From assembly GCA_003220495.1 (NCBI GenBank), contig QHSP01000023.1:31437-95436 (forward strand): a stretch of 64,000 bases of DNA, written 5' to 3'. The notes below the pieces were generated by a model. The model did not search any database. It worked only from the letters and a program-made list of their open reading frames with translations, and was not told the origin of the DNA. This document shows, piece by piece, positions 20,470 through 31,916 of the stretch (positions are counted from its first letter, which is position 1; each line of letters begins with the position of its first letter). A program made the position numbers and the translations under genes. This DNA comes from Candidatus Rokuibacteriota bacterium. GTDB taxonomy: Bacteria > Methylomirabilota > Methylomirabilia > Rokubacteriales > CSP1-6.

Positions 20470-21933
20470 TCACCGCTTCCGCGGCGCGAGCCGGCGCTGG
20501 TGCGAGGGCAGGATGCCGAGCTCCTCACGGTACTTGGCGACCGTGCGCCGGGCGATCGTGAGACCTCGCTTCTGCAGCGCCTGGGCGACCTCCTGGTCCG
20601 ATTGCGGCTTCGCCGGGTCCTCCGCCGCCAGAAGATCCTGGATCATCTTCTTGACCGAGACCGACGAGACCATCTCGCCGTCGCCGGACGCGATCCCGCT
20701 GTGGAAGAAGAACTTCAGCTCGAACAGTCCCTGCGGGGTCTCGACGTACTTGTTCGTCGTCACGCGGCTGATCGTCGACTCGTGCATGCCGATGTCCTCG
20801 CCGACATCCCGCAAGGACAGCGGCCGCAGGTGGGGCAGGCCGCGGTCGAGGAAATCGCGCTGGAACTTGACGATCGACTGCGTGACTTTGCGGAGGGTGC
20901 GCTGCCGCTGGTCGACGCTCTTGATCAGCCACAGCGCCGAGCGCAGCTTCTGCTCGACGTACTGCCGCGCCTCGTCGACGCCGGAGTTCTTCAGCAGCGA
21001 GCGATAGAGCGCGTTGACCCGCAACCGCGGGACGCCGTCCTCGTTGAGGACGATCGTGTACTCGTTGCCGAGCTTGTAGACGTACACGTCGGGCACGATG
21101 TAGCGCGAGTCGTTGCCGCCGAACCGCCGGCCCGGCTTCGGCTCGAGGCCCATGATTTCCTCGACCGACTCCATGATCCGGTCGACCGAGAGCTTCATGG
21201 TCCGCGCGATGTCCGGGTAGCGCCGACGGCTCAGGTCGTCGAAATGGACCTCGATGATCTCGACCGAGACCGGATCCGGGAGCGGGTCGCGCTGGAGCTG
21301 GAGCAGGAGACACTCCTGGATGTTCCGCGCCGCCACGCCCGGCGGATCGAAGCCCTGGACGAGCGTGAGGACCTTGTTGACCTCCTCGGCGGTGACGCTG
21401 CAGCGCTGCGCGAGCTCCTCGAGCTCGGCGCGCAGGTAGCCGTCGTCGTCGAGGTTGCCGATGATCTCGGCCCCGATACGCCGGACGGCCGGATCCTCCG
21501 TCGCGAAGCGGAGCTGCTCGTCGAGATGGTCGGTCAGCGAGACCTGGTTCCGGACGACGTTCTCGAACGGCAGGTCCTCGCGATCCTCCTGGGAGACGAG
21601 CGAGCGCTCCTCGTGGTCGTCGTCGGCCGACATCACCGCGGTGAAATCGAACGGCAGCTCGTCCGTCTGGCGCTCGGTAGTCGGCGGCGCCTCCGTCGTC
21701 AGCTGCTCCACCGTCGGCGCCGGCGGGGTGTCGGCGGTGACCGGCGCGTCGGCGGGGGTCTCCGGCGTGTCGGGCGTGACCTCTTCGAGCAGTGGATTCT
21801 CGAGCAGCTCTTTCTGGACGACTTCCTGGAGCTCGAGCGTGGAGAGCTGCAGCAGCTGGATGGCCTGCTGCAGGAGCGGAGTCATGACGACCCGCTGGCT
21901 CTGCCGTAACGAGAGGCGCGCCTCCATGGCCAT
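20470..21933 (-). CDS. rpoN: RNA polymerase sigma-54 factor
   Basis: MTPLLQQAIQLLQLS, MHESTISR, RpoN box ARRTVAKYRE. Confidence 0.97.
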   Translation of the reverse strand: MAMEARLSLRQSQRVVMTPLLQQAIQLLQLSTLELQEVVQKELLENPLLEEVTPDTPETPADAPVTADTPPAPTVEQLTTEAPPTTERQTDELPFDFTAVMSADDDHEERSLVSQEDREDLPFENVVRNQVSLTDHLDEQLRFATEDPAVRRIGAEIIGNLDDDGYLRAELEELAQRCSVTAEEVNKVLTLVQGFDPPGVAARNIQECLLLQLQRDPLPDPVSVEIIEVHFDDLSRRRYPDIARTMKLSVDRIMESVEEIMGLEPKPGRRFGGNDSRYIVPDVYVYKLGNEYTIVLNEDGVPRLRVNALYRSLLKNSGVDEARQYVEQKLRSALWLIKSVDQRQRTLRKVTQSIVKFQRDFLDRGLPHLRPLSLRDVGEDIGMHESTISRVTTNKYVETPQGLFELKFFFHSGIASGDGEMVSSVSVKKMIQDLLAAEDPAKPQSDQEVAQALQKRGLTIARRTVAKYREELGILPSHQRRLAPRKR

Positions 21934-21950
21934 GGGAGTCTTCGCCTCGC

Positions 21951-22673
21951 CTAGAGCGCGAACCGCTCGCCCAGGTAGATCTCCCGGGCCACGGGGTTGT
22001 GGGCGATCTCGGTGGCGGTGCCCGCCACCAGGATCTTGCCGTCGTAGAGGATGTACGCGCGGTCGGTGATCGCCAGGGTCTCCCGCACGTTGTGGTCGGT
22101 GATGAGGATGCCGATGCCGCGCTCGCGGAGCCGGCCGACGATCTCCTGGATGTCGCCGATCGCGATCGGATCGATGCCGGTGAACGGCTCATCCAGCAGC
22201 AGGTACTGGGGCGAGGTCACGAGCGCGCGGGTGATCTCGAGCCGACGACGCTCACCCCCGGAGAGCGTGTAGGCCGGATACTGGGCCAGCGGTGTGAGAT
22301 CCAGCTCGGCCAGGAGGTCGTGCGCCCGCTCGCGCCGCTCGTCGCGCGTCAGGTCGAGCGTCTCGAGAATCGCGAGGAGGTTTTCTTCGACCGTGAGCTT
22401 TCGGAACACCGACGACTCCTGCGGAAGATAGCCGACGCCCATCCGGCATCGCTGGTACATCGGGAGCGCTGTGATCTCCTGGCCTTCGAGGAAGATGCGG
22501 CCGCCGTCCGCGGGCAAGAGGCCGACCATCATGTAGAACGACGTCGTCTTCCCCGCGCCGTTCGGACCGAGCAGGCCGACGATCTCGCCGCGCTGGATGT
22601 CGAGCGAGACGGAGTCGACGACCTTCCGGGTCTTGAACCACTTCATCAACCCCTGCGCCACCAGGCCTTCCAT
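21951..22673 (-). CDS. lptB: LPS export ABC ATPase
   Basis: [38 protein letters not shown]. Confidence 0.95.
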   Translation of the reverse strand: MEGLVAQGLMKWFKTRKVVDSVSLDIQRGEIVGLLGPNGAGKTTSFYMMVGLLPADGGRIFLEGQEITALPMYQRCRMGVGYLPQESSVFRKLTVEENLLAILETLDLTRDERRERAHDLLAELDLTPLAQYPAYTLSGGERRRLEITRALVTSPQYLLLDEPFTGIDPIAIGDIQEIVGRLRERGIGILITDHNVRETLAITDRAYILYDGKILVAGTATEIAHNPVAREIYLGERFAL

Positions 22674-22675
22674 CG

Positions 22676-23284
22676 TCAGTTCTTGCAGACTTCGGCCGAG
22701 CGCCGAGGCGCCGGCTGGCCGTCTTGCTTGCTTTCGTTCTGGGAGTAGAAGATGCCCTTCACACGCTCCTGCTTGCCGCCTTCCACGATCGTACGATCCT
22801 GCGCGACGTAGATCGTGATCGTGTCGCCGGACACGACGTTCTCGTCCTGCCAGACCCGCGCGTTGCCGATGAGCACCACCCGCTGATCGAGGTCGAAGTA
22901 CTCCGCGCGCTGGGCCGTGCCGGTCCGGCAGTCCTTGGTGATGATGCGGACCGACCCGGTCGAGACCGTTCTCAGGACCCGGTCGCCCTTCTCGTCCATG
23001 TAGACCTCGACGCGATCGGCGTACTGCACGGAGTTGTCCCGCCGCGCCACGACGTTGCCGCTGAAGATGACGAGGCTCGCCTTTCCGAATCGCTCCATCT
23101 TGTCCGCGTCCACGGTCAGCGGCAGCGCGCCGTCGGTCTTGGCGTCCTTCGCCTTCGGCGTGAGGGACGACGCGGGCGGCGGCTGGACGGCGGGGGCTGC
23201 CGAAGTCTTCGGCGCCGACTGGCCGCCCGACACCGCGGGCGCCAGCACGAGCAGCAGCGCGGCAAGCAGCGGCCGCCACGTCAC
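22676..23284 (-). CDS. lptA: LPS transport periplasmic protein (LptA/OstA)
   Basis: Signal peptide, FSGNVVA, beta-jellyroll pattern; lies between lptC and lptB. Confidence 0.85.
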   Translation of the reverse strand: MTWRPLLAALLLVLAPAVSGGQSAPKTSAAPAVQPPPASSLTPKAKDAKTDGALPLTVDADKMERFGKASLVIFSGNVVARRDNSVQYADRVEVYMDEKGDRVLRTVSTGSVRIITKDCRTGTAQRAEYFDLDQRVVLIGNARVWQDENVVSGDTITIYVAQDRTIVEGGKQERVKGIFYSQNESKQDGQPAPRRSAEVCKN

Positions 23285-23835
23285 CGGCGGTCCTCGGTGA
23301 AAACTGCGTGGACGCGTCCGCTCAAGGTCGTGTACTCCTCGGCCATTCGCACCTCGAGCGCCGAGCCGTCGGCGACTGCGCCCCCGCGCGAGAGCCGCAC
23401 CGGCTCGTCCGTCCAGAGTCGCTTCTCGGAGCCCGTCCAGCGGAGGACGTTCGTTTCCAGGCGCACGCCGTCGCTCGAGGTGAGCACGACGTTTTTCCGG
23501 ATTTCCAGATTCTTCGTGGCCTGGAACAGGTCGCCTTCTTCGCCCACGATCGTCCAGGAGCGATCGCGCTCGAACACGTCGACCGCGATCGCGCGGAGCG
23601 CCGTGCGCCCCTCGGCCTCGAAGATCAGGGCCTGCGCAGCCTTGAGCCTCCAGCGCACGCCGGCGGTCACCTCTTCGATCTGGGCTTCCTTGATCCGGAG
23701 GTCGGCGCTCGAGGCGACCGAGCCGGCCGTCTCGGTAGGCGGCATCCGGCTCTTCGCGATCAAGGTGCCGGCAACCGCCAGGACGAAGACGACGACCATT
23801 CCTAGAATCGCCGCCGCCGCGAATCGCGTTCTCAT
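23281..23835 (-). CDS. lptC: LPS export protein LptC
   Basis: Single N-terminal TM helix, beta-rich body, LWTDEPV; synteny. Confidence 0.8.
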   Translation of the reverse strand: MRTRFAAAAILGMVVVFVLAVAGTLIAKSRMPPTETAGSVASSADLRIKEAQIEEVTAGVRWRLKAAQALIFEAEGRTALRAIAVDVFERDRSWTIVGEEGDLFQATKNLEIRKNVVLTSSDGVRLETNVLRWTGSEKRLWTDEPVRLSRGGAVADGSALEVRMAEEYTTLSGRVHAVFTEDRR

Positions 23836-23932
23836 CACTCCATCGATTCTAAAGGGAAGTCGGACCGGAGTGCAATTTCGATACCACGCTACCACAGACT
23901 CCGGGCTCGAAAAAGGGGAAACACCCTGAAAA

Positions 23933-24913
23933 CTATACGATCTTCGCCCTGAGTATGTCGTGCAGGTGGATCAGGCCGACGGGCCGACGGGCCTCGTCCA
24001 CGATGACCAAGCTGGTTATTTGCCAGGTTTCCATCACCTCTAGTGCCTTGGAAGCCAGGTCCTCGGCGCGGATCGTTTTGGGCTCGGCGCTCGCCATCTG
24101 GCCCGCGGAGAGATCGTCGATGGATCGACCGGTCAGGTGGAGCCTCCGGAGGTCGCCGTCGGTGATGACCCCGGCGAGCCGGCCGGCCCCGTCGATGACC
24201 GTGGTCATGCCCTTGCGTTTCTGTGTCATCTCGACGATGACCTCCCGGAGCGGTGTGCTCTCCGGGACCACGGGGACGGCGTCCCCGGTGAGCATGAGAT
24301 CCGAGACGCGGAAGAGGGCGCGCCAGCCGAGCGAGCCGCGGGGGTGCAGCGCCGCGTAGTCCTCCGGGCGGAGCCCACGGAGCTCGAGGAGCGCCAGCGC
24401 CAGAGCATCGCCGACGGCCAGCGCGGCCGTGGTGCTCGACGTGGGCGCCAGATTCATCGGGCACGCCTCTTCGGGTACGCTGACGTCGAGCACGACCTCG
24501 CACTGACGCGCCAGGGACGAGGTGGGATTGCCCGTCAGCAGCACGATGGGCACCCCCAGTCGCTTGAGCGGCGGAAGGATCGCCAGCACCTCGTCCGTCT
24601 CTCCGGAGTTCGACAGCGCCAGCACGACGTCGCCGCGCGCGACCATCCCGAGATCGCCGTGGACCCCTTCGGCCGGATGGAGGAAGTGGGCGGGGGTTCC
24701 GGTCGAGGCGAGCGTCGCGGCGATCTTGCGGCCGATCAGCCCCGACTTGCCCATCCCGGTGACGATCACTCGCCCGCTGCAGCCGCGCAGGAGCTCGACC
24801 GCGCGCTCGAAGCGCTCGTCGAGCCTGGGGATGAGCCCGAGGATCGCCTCGGCCTCGATGCGCAGCACCCGCTCGGCCAGGCGCCGGAGGTCCGGTTTCT
24901 TCTCTGCGCTCAC
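23933..24913 (-). CDS. kdsD: Arabinose-5-phosphate isomerase (KpsF/GutQ)
   Basis: [33 protein letters not shown] pair. Confidence 0.95.
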   Translation of the reverse strand: MSAEKKPDLRRLAERVLRIEAEAILGLIPRLDERFERAVELLRGCSGRVIVTGMGKSGLIGRKIAATLASTGTPAHFLHPAEGVHGDLGMVARGDVVLALSNSGETDEVLAILPPLKRLGVPIVLLTGNPTSSLARQCEVVLDVSVPEEACPMNLAPTSSTTAALAVGDALALALLELRGLRPEDYAALHPRGSLGWRALFRVSDLMLTGDAVPVVPESTPLREVIVEMTQKRKGMTTVIDGAGRLAGVITDGDLRRLHLTGRSIDDLSAGQMASAEPKTIRAEDLASKALEVMETWQITSLVIVDEARRPVGLIHLHDILRAKIV

Positions 24914-25752
24914 GAATGAGCCGCCGCGCCGATGGCGCCGAGCTGTCCCAGGAGTCGCGGCAGATCGTCGATGCGCAGCATGTTCGGCCCATCCGAGAGC
25001 GAACGCCCGTCGGGCAAGGTGCGATCGGGATCCTCGTGCATCTCCATGAAGAGCGCGTCGACGCCGAACGCGACCGCGGCGCGCGCCAGCGCGGGCACGT
25101 ACTCGCGCTCGCCGCCGGAGCGGTCTCCGGCTCCGCCGGGCAGCTGCACGGAGTGCGTCGCATCGAAGACGATCGGGTATCCGAAGGCACGCATGATGGC
25201 GAGACCGCGCATATCGACGACGAGATTATTGTAGCCGAAGCTCGTGCCCCGCTCGGTCAACAGAATGGCCTCGTTGCCCTTCGAGAGGATCTTGTCGACG
25301 ACGTTCTTCATGTCGCGGGGGGCCACGAACTGCCCCTTCTTGACGTTCACGGGCTTGCCCGTCGCCGCCGCCGCGAGGATCAGGTCGGTCTGGCGGCAGA
25401 GGAACGCCGGAATCTGGATCACGTCGAGAACCTCGGCGGCGGGATCCACCTCGCTGACCTGGTGGACGTCCGAGAGCACCGGAACGCGGAGCGTGTCACG
25501 CACCCTGCGGAGGATCCGGAGCCCTTCGACGAGCCCCGGCCCGCGGTAGCTGTTGACCGACGAGCGGTTCGCCTTGTCGTAGGACGATTTGTAGATGAAC
25601 GGCACCCGACAGTCGGCCGCGATCGTGGCCAGACGCTCGGCGGTCATCAACGCGTGCCGCTCGTTCTCGATGGCGCAGGGGCCCCCGATGAGGACGAGCG
25701 GCCCGCCGCCGCCGATCGTGAGGGAGCCGACCGCGACCGCACGCGTGGTCAT
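24910..25752 (-). CDS. kdsA: KDO-8-phosphate synthase
   Basis: [36 protein letters not shown]. Confidence 0.96.
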   Translation of the reverse strand: MTTRAVAVGSLTIGGGGPLVLIGGPCAIENERHALMTAERLATIAADCRVPFIYKSSYDKANRSSVNSYRGPGLVEGLRILRRVRDTLRVPVLSDVHQVSEVDPAAEVLDVIQIPAFLCRQTDLILAAAATGKPVNVKKGQFVAPRDMKNVVDKILSKGNEAILLTERGTSFGYNNLVVDMRGLAIMRAFGYPIVFDATHSVQLPGGAGDRSGGEREYVPALARAAVAFGVDALFMEMHEDPDRTLPDGRSLSDGPNMLRIDDLPRLLGQLGAIGAAAHS

Positions 25753-27356
25753 GGCGCGGCGTGCTCGAGCGCGGCCTTGACGAACCCGGCGAAGAGCGGA
25801 TGCGGCTCCCACGGCCGCGAGCGGAACTCGGGATGGAACTGACCGGCGACGAAGTACGGATGCTCGGGGATCTCGATGATCTCGACCAGCTGCTTCTCGG
25901 CCCAGATCCCGGAGATGCGCAGGCCCGTCTTCTCGAGGCGCGGGAGATAGTCGTTGTTCACCTCGTACCGGTGGCGATGACGCTCCTGGATGATCCCCTG
26001 CCCGTAGAGCCGCGAGGCCAGGCTGCCCTCGCCCAGGACGATCGGATAGAGCCCCAGTCGCATCGTGCCGCCCTTGTCGGCGAGCCCGCGCTGCTCGGGA
26101 AGGAGGTCGATCACCAGATGCGGCGCCGACGAGTCGAACTCCGAGGAGCTCGCGCCGCGCAGACCGCAGACGTTGCGGGCGTATTCGATGACCGCGCACT
26201 GCATGCCCAGGCAGATCCCGAGGTACGGCACGCGCTGCTCGCGCGCGTAGCGGACCGCCTCGATCTTGCCCTGGATTCCCCGGTCGCCGAAGCCGCCGGG
26301 CACGAGGATGCCGTGGACGCCCGTGAACTGCGCCTCGGCGCCGTCGCGCTCGATGTGCTCGGCGTCGACCCACTGCACGTCCACGCGCGCCTCGTTGGCG
26401 ATGCCGCCGTGGGCGAGCGCTTCCACGAGGCTCTTGTAGGAATCCTTCAGCTCGACGTACTTACCGACCACCGCGATGCGCGTCTCGAGCAGCGGCGACT
26501 TCACCCGACGCACCACGGCCTCCCAGCGCGACAGGTCGATTCGCCTCGGCTCGAGGCCGAGGAGCTTCACGATGATCTCGTCGAGCCCCTCGCGGTGGAA
26601 GTTCAGCGGCACCTCGTAGATCGTCTCGACGTCCTTGGCGGTGATGACGGCCTCTTCCTCGACGTCGCAGAAGAGCGCGATCTTCGACTTGATGCCGGGC
26701 GGCAGATAGCGGTCCGTGCGACAGAGCAGGACGTCCGGCTGGATCCCGATCGCCCGCAGCTCCTTGACCGAGTGCTGCGTGGCCTTGGTCTTCAGCTCGG
26801 AGGCCGCCTGCATGTACGGCACGAGGGTCAGGTGCACGTAGATGACGTTCTCGCGTCCGACGTCCTTCCTGAACTGGCGGACGGCCTCCAGGAACGGGAG
26901 CCCCTCGATGTCGCCGACGGTGCCGCCGACCTCGACGATGACCACGTCGGTGTCGCGCGAGACCTTGCGGATGGACGCCTTGATCTCGTCGGTGATGTGG
27001 GGAATCACCTGGACGGTCCGTCCGAGGTAGTCCCCGCGGCGCTCCTTCTGGATGACCGAGTAGTAGACCTTGCCGGTCGTCACGTTGTGGTCGCGCGTCA
27101 CCCGGCTCGAGGTGAACCGCTCGTAGTGGCCCAGATCCAGGTCGGTCTCGCCCCCGTCGTCGGTCACGAAGACCTCGCCGTGCTGGTAGGGGCTCATGGT
27201 CCCCGCGTCCACGTTGATGTACGGATCCATCTTCTGCAGCGTCACGCGGAAGCCGCGTGCCTCCAGCAGCGCGCCGATCGAGGCCGCCGCCAGACCCTTG
27301 CCAAGGGACGACACGACGCCGCCGGTCACGAAGATGTATTTCGGCGCCAAACTCAT
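25749..27356 (-). CDS. pyrG: CTP synthase
   Basis: [45 protein letters not shown]. Confidence 0.97.
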   Translation of the reverse strand: MSLAPKYIFVTGGVVSSLGKGLAAASIGALLEARGFRVTLQKMDPYINVDAGTMSPYQHGEVFVTDDGGETDLDLGHYERFTSSRVTRDHNVTTGKVYYSVIQKERRGDYLGRTVQVIPHITDEIKASIRKVSRDTDVVIVEVGGTVGDIEGLPFLEAVRQFRKDVGRENVIYVHLTLVPYMQAASELKTKATQHSVKELRAIGIQPDVLLCRTDRYLPPGIKSKIALFCDVEEEAVITAKDVETIYEVPLNFHREGLDEIIVKLLGLEPRRIDLSRWEAVVRRVKSPLLETRIAVVGKYVELKDSYKSLVEALAHGGIANEARVDVQWVDAEHIERDGAEAQFTGVHGILVPGGFGDRGIQGKIEAVRYAREQRVPYLGICLGMQCAVIEYARNVCGLRGASSSEFDSSAPHLVIDLLPEQRGLADKGGTMRLGLYPIVLGEGSLASRLYGQGIIQERHRHRYEVNNDYLPRLEKTGLRISGIWAEKQLVEIIEIPEHPYFVAGQFHPEFRSRPWEPHPLFAGFVKAALEHAAP

Positions 27357-28993
27357 CCTCCTCTCGCGATCCATTGTCGGACGTGCGCTTCTTCCATGGC
27401 CCGGCTCGCGAGCCTCCCGTCCAGCCGCGCGTCCCGCATCTCCGCCAGGACGCGCGCGACGGCGGGGCCGCGCGGGACCCCGAGCGCGACGACGTCGTCG
27501 CCGCTCAGGGAGACGATGCGCGGATCGAGGCCGGCGAACCAGTCGACCGCTTCGCGGACCTCGCGCTCGCCGGTGAGCCAGAGCCACGCGAGCTCGAGGG
27601 GCGCGCAGGCTCGAAGCTCGCGCGCGCGCTCGCTGGGCGCTCCGGCGGCCGCCAGGCGCGCGGCGAGCGCCCCGCCGTGGGCGTGCGCGCGCTCGAGGAC
27701 GGCCAGCGGCCCGCCCGCGAACCCGAGCCTCGTGAAGAGCGCACCGGCCGCCGGCGGCGAGTCCGCCAGGGCGAGCGCCGCGAGCCCGACGGCGTCGACG
27801 TCGAGCCCGCGACCGCGGGCCCAGGCGAGCGCCTCGGGCAGCGCGCCGAGGCGGCGCCGGCTCGGCGTGGTGAACCGGTAGCCCGGGTCCAGCAGCCGGA
27901 AGGCACCCGAGCGCCCGAGCCGGAGGAGGATGGGTCCGGCCTGGGATTCGCTCAGGATCAGCTCGAGCTCGGCGGCGATTCGCTGACCGGAGAGCGCCGC
28001 GTAGGGAACGAGGCGCAGGGCCAGCGCCTGCGCGCGGGTCGTGGCGCCGTCGGGCGAGAGCCCGAGCCGCGCGGCGTATCGCGCCGCCCGGAAGATGCGA
28101 GTCGGATCCTCGACGTAGGAGAGCGGGTGCAGCACGCGGAGCCGGCGTCGCGCCAGGTCGAGCCGGCCCCCGAGCGGATCGATCAAGCCGAAATCGCGGG
28201 AGGCGAGCTCGATCGCCATCGCGTTGACCGTGAAGTCGCGCCGCCGCAGATCCGCGGCGATCCCCGCGGGCAGCACGCGCGGCAGCGCGCCCGGAGCCTC
28301 GTAGCGCTCCGAGCGTGACGTGGCCACGTCGATCCGCCCAAACCTCGGCGTGTCGACCGACGCGGTCAGGAATCGGTGGTGCTCGACGACGGAGCCGCCG
28401 AGCGCTCGAGCGAGATCGCGCGCGAGCACGCGGCCGTCGCCCTCGACGACGATGTCGAGATCGCGCCGAGCAGGCGTGGCGCCGCGCCACAGATCGCGGA
28501 CGAGCCCGCCGACCAGGTACGCGCGGCCATCCTGCTCCTCGGCGATGCGGCCGATCGTCTCGAGCAGCTCTTGGACCTCTCCCGGCAGGCCACGGGTGAC
28601 GCGGCCGGCCGCCGAGGCGTCGGCGAGCCGGACGCCGGCGGCGCGGCCGCTGACGGCGCCCGCGGCGCCTCGCGAGCCTCGTACCACGACGAGCGGCGCG
28701 CCGGCCGCGAGCAGGCGGCGGACCTTCGCCTCGCTCGCCGCCGGGTCGACGCCGGGCAACGCACGCGAGAGCTGCGCCGCCCGGAGCGCGCCGAGACCGA
28801 GCGACGTCGCGCGGACGAGGTCGTCCCGCAGCACGTACGCCGCGCCGGCCGCGATCACGCCGGCGTTCCGCTTGCGCGCGAGCACGAGCGCCTCGGCCAC
28901 GCCGACGCCGGCGGGCGCCGCCGCGACCGCGACGTCGACGAGGTCGGTCGCCGCAAGACTGACCTGGGGGTACACGTGAGCCCGCTTTGCCAT
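27353..28993 (-). CDS. tRNA nucleotidyltransferase (class II) with degenerate N-terminal CBS-like region
   Basis: [47 protein letters not shown]. Confidence 0.85.
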   Translation of the reverse strand: MAKRAHVYPQVSLAATDLVDVAVAAAPAGVGVAEALVLARKRNAGVIAAGAAYVLRDDLVRATSLGLGALRAAQLSRALPGVDPAASEAKVRRLLAAGAPLVVVRGSRGAAGAVSGRAAGVRLADASAAGRVTRGLPGEVQELLETIGRIAEEQDGRAYLVGGLVRDLWRGATPARRDLDIVVEGDGRVLARDLARALGGSVVEHHRFLTASVDTPRFGRIDVATSRSERYEAPGALPRVLPAGIAADLRRRDFTVNAMAIELASRDFGLIDPLGGRLDLARRRLRVLHPLSYVEDPTRIFRAARYAARLGLSPDGATTRAQALALRLVPYAALSGQRIAAELELILSESQAGPILLRLGRSGAFRLLDPGYRFTTPSRRRLGALPEALAWARGRGLDVDAVGLAALALADSPPAAGALFTRLGFAGGPLAVLERAHAHGGALAARLAAAGAPSERARELRACAPLELAWLWLTGEREVREAVDWFAGLDPRIVSLSGDDVVALGVPRGPAVARVLAEMRDARLDGRLASRAMEEAHVRQWIARGG

Positions 28994-28995
28994 GC

Positions 28996-29880
28996 TCACG
29001 CCCGTGGGTGGAAGCGCCGGTACATTTGCAGCAGGGTCGCCGACGGCAGGTGCGTGTAGATCTGCGTCGTCGCGATGTCGGCGTGACCGAGCATGGCCTG
29101 GATCGAGCGCAGATCGGCGCCGCCTTCGAGCAGATGGCTCGCGAACGAATGCCGCAGGACGTGAGGCGAGATGCGCTGGCGGAGACCGGCCCGCGTGGCG
29201 GCGTGCCGCACGATCGTCCACAGCGACTGGCGCGAGAGGCGCCCCCCGCGCGGGTTCACGAACAGGCGGCCGCTGTCGCGGACGCGCGTGTACAGGGCGC
29301 GGACGTCCCGGAGGTAGCGGCTCACCCACTGCGTCGCTTCGCCGCCGACGGGAACGAGGCGCTGCTTCTGGCCCTTTCCCGTGCACACCACGTAGCCCGC
29401 GCTCAGGTTGACGTCGTCCAGGGTCAGGCCGAGACACTCGGAAGCGCGCATGCCCGTGGCGTACAGGAGCTCGAGCACGGCGCGGTCCCGCACGCCGCGC
29501 GGCCCGCTCAGGTCCGGCGACTCGACGAGCGCCGCGATGACCTCGCGCGACAGCGTCCGCGGAAGCGCCCGCGCGCGCCGCGGTGTTTCGAGATGCTCGG
29601 TGGGATCGCGTCGCAGCGCGCCCTCGCGAACCAGATGCCGGTAGAGACCGCGGAGCGCCGAGATACGTCGCGCGACGCTCGCCGGGCGCAGGCCGCGGGT
29701 GCGCAGACGCTCCAGGTATCCGACGATGTCGTCGGGCCCGGCGCGGCGCAGACTGCGGTGGTGATCGTGGAGGAACTGGGTGAAGTCGGCGAGATCGCGG
29801 CGGTAGGCACTGAGAGTATTTCGGGAGGCCCCCCTCTCTGCCTGGAGGGCGCCGAGATACTCGACTACCGCATCGGTCAT
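28996..29880 (-). CDS. xerD: Site-specific tyrosine recombinase XerD
   Basis: [49 protein letters not shown]. Confidence 0.92.
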   Translation of the reverse strand: MTDAVVEYLGALQAERGASRNTLSAYRRDLADFTQFLHDHHRSLRRAGPDDIVGYLERLRTRGLRPASVARRISALRGLYRHLVREGALRRDPTEHLETPRRARALPRTLSREVIAALVESPDLSGPRGVRDRAVLELLYATGMRASECLGLTLDDVNLSAGYVVCTGKGQKQRLVPVGGEATQWVSRYLRDVRALYTRVRDSGRLFVNPRGGRLSRQSLWTIVRHAATRAGLRQRISPHVLRHSFASHLLEGGADLRSIQAMLGHADIATTQIYTHLPSATLLQMYRRFHPRA

Positions 29881-29966
29881 AGAGTGACCACGTCGGATTC
29901 TATCACGACGCTCGGCAATCGAGAAGGGCGCGCGCGAGTGCGACGCGCGTCGTGGATCGCGTCGCG

Positions 29967-31538
29967 TCAGAGCGCGGCGTCGCGCTCGCGCCGACGGGCG
30001 AGGCCGAGGAGCGCGGTGCGCTCGGAGATGCCGAGCGCCGCGCTGGCGGCCCAGAAAGCTCCGGTGCCGGCCGCGATCGTCGCCGCGAGCCACGCCGCGT
30101 CGACCACGAATGACGGGTGCGGCGGCCACCACGCGAGCGCGAGCCAGCACAGCGCCGCGAGCGGCGCCGATGCCAGCAGCGTTCTCGCCGCGCCGTCGAC
30201 GAGCGCGCGCCCGCCGAGTCGGCCGAGCCGCAGCCGCGCGATCACCAGGAGCGCCAGCAGATTCACGTAGGCGCCGACCGATGCGGCGCCGGCGAGGCCG
30301 GCGTGGCCGAGCGGTCCCATCAGCGCGAGGGCCGCCACGACGTTGGCGACGATCGAGACGATCCCCCATCGGACGGCCGTGGCGGCCTCGCTCCGCGCGT
30401 AGAAGGTCTGCGCCACGATGCGCGAGCCGGCGAAGCCGGCGAGGCCGACCGCGTACCACGCGAGCGCCTCCGCAGTGGCCGCGGTCTCCGCCGGACCGAA
30501 CCGGCCGCGCTCGAACAGCACGCGCACGATCGGCGTGCGCAGCGCCACCAGGCCGACGGTGGCCGGCACCGACACGTAGAGCGCGAGGCGGAGGGCGAAG
30601 TTCAACGTGTCCGCCAGCGCGCGGTCGTCCCGGGCCGCCGCGTGGCGCGACATCACCGGCAGCGAGGCCGAAGCGAGCGCGATCCCGAACACGCCGAGCG
30701 GGAACTCCATCACGCGGTCGGCGTAGTAGAGATACGAGATCGAGCCCAGCGGTAGCAGCGAGGCGAGCAAGGTGTTGACGAACACCATCAGCTGCACCGC
30801 CGCCAGGCCGAAGACCGCCGGCAGCAGGAGCCGCGTGATCCTCCTGATCGCCGGGTGGCGGAGGTCGCGCGAGGGCATCACCAGGAGCCCGCACGCTGAG
30901 AGGGTTGGCACCTGCACGACGAGCTGCCCGACGCCGCCCGCGAGCACGCCGATCGCCAGCGAGACGATCGGCTGATCGAGATAACGCGGGAGCAGCACGA
31001 CGGCGACGATCATCCCGACGTTGAGCACCGCCGGGCCGATCGCGCTCGCGAAAAACCGCCCCTGCGAGTTGAGGACGCCCGTGGCCATCGCGGCGAGCCC
31101 GACGAGGATCAAGTACGGAAACATGATCCGCGTCAGCGACACCGCCAGCGAGGCCTGCGCCGGATCGTTCATGAAGCCCGGCGCGATCGCCTGGAGGATG
31201 GCGGGCGCGAACAGGATGCCGAGCACCGTGGTCACCGTCAGCGCCAGGAGCGAAAGCCCGAGGACGGCGCGCAGCATGCGATGGAGCTCGGGCCGATCCT
31301 CGCGCGCCATGTAGTCGGTGAAGACCGGGATCATCGCGGTGGACAGCGCGCCTTCGGCGAGGAGCCGCCGGAGGATGTTGGGGATGCGGAAGGCCACGAA
31401 GAACGCGTCGGTGACGGGCCCGGCGCCGAAGGCCCTCGCGACGACCATGTCTCGCACGAACCCGAGGAGCCGGCTCAGCAGGGTCGCGCCGGCGATGCCG
31501 CCGAGCGCCTGGACGACCTGCCCCTCGCTCGCGCTCAC
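29967..31538 (-). CDS. murJ: Lipid II flippase
   Basis: SRLLGFVRD, DAFFVAFRIPNILRRLLAEGA, YYADRVMEFPLGVFG. Confidence 0.95.
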   Translation of the reverse strand: MSASEGQVVQALGGIAGATLLSRLLGFVRDMVVARAFGAGPVTDAFFVAFRIPNILRRLLAEGALSTAMIPVFTDYMAREDRPELHRMLRAVLGLSLLALTVTTVLGILFAPAILQAIAPGFMNDPAQASLAVSLTRIMFPYLILVGLAAMATGVLNSQGRFFASAIGPAVLNVGMIVAVVLLPRYLDQPIVSLAIGVLAGGVGQLVVQVPTLSACGLLVMPSRDLRHPAIRRITRLLLPAVFGLAAVQLMVFVNTLLASLLPLGSISYLYYADRVMEFPLGVFGIALASASLPVMSRHAAARDDRALADTLNFALRLALYVSVPATVGLVALRTPIVRVLFERGRFGPAETAATAEALAWYAVGLAGFAGSRIVAQTFYARSEAATAVRWGIVSIVANVVAALALMGPLGHAGLAGAASVGAYVNLLALLVIARLRLGRLGGRALVDGAARTLLASAPLAALCWLALAWWPPHPSFVVDAAWLAATIAAGTGAFWAASAALGISERTALLGLARRRERDAAL

Positions 31539-31612
31539 CTTGAAATTCCTCGGCCCCTGCGGCATGATGCAACGCGGACTCGACATCGACCCGAACGACG
31601 AGGAGCTCTGAT

Positions 31613-31864
31613 TTGGCGAACACGAAGTCGGCAAAGAAGCGGATTCGACAGAGCGAGCGCCGGCGCCTGCGCAACCGGGCCACGCGCTCGAAGCTCCGCG
31701 GCGCGATCAAGACGGCGCGCGGCGCCGAGGGCGCCGCGAAGCCCGCCGCCGTCCTCGAGGCGATCCGCGCGCTCGACAAAGCCGTCAGCAAGGGTGTGGT
31801 CCATCGCAACACGGCCGCGCGCAAGAAGTCCGCGCTCGCCCGCCGCCTCGTCGCCGCGACCTAG
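31613..31864 (+). CDS. rpsT: 30S ribosomal protein S20
   Basis: MANTKSAKKRIRQ...HRNTAARKKS; GAGGAG RBS, TTG start. Confidence 0.97.
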   Translation: MANTKSAKKRIRQSERRRLRNRATRSKLRGAIKTARGAEGAAKPAAVLEAIRALDKAVSKGVVHRNTAARKKSALARRLVAAT

Positions 31865-31916
31865 CACCCCGGTCCTCTTCACGCGCCTCGGCCCCGGCCG
31901 GGGCGCCCCGCGCCGC

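Noticed and set aside
28996-29880. Tyrosine recombinase as a prophage or island integrase
   Set aside because: XerD-like length and motifs, embedded in core genes; no att site, tRNA or cargo.
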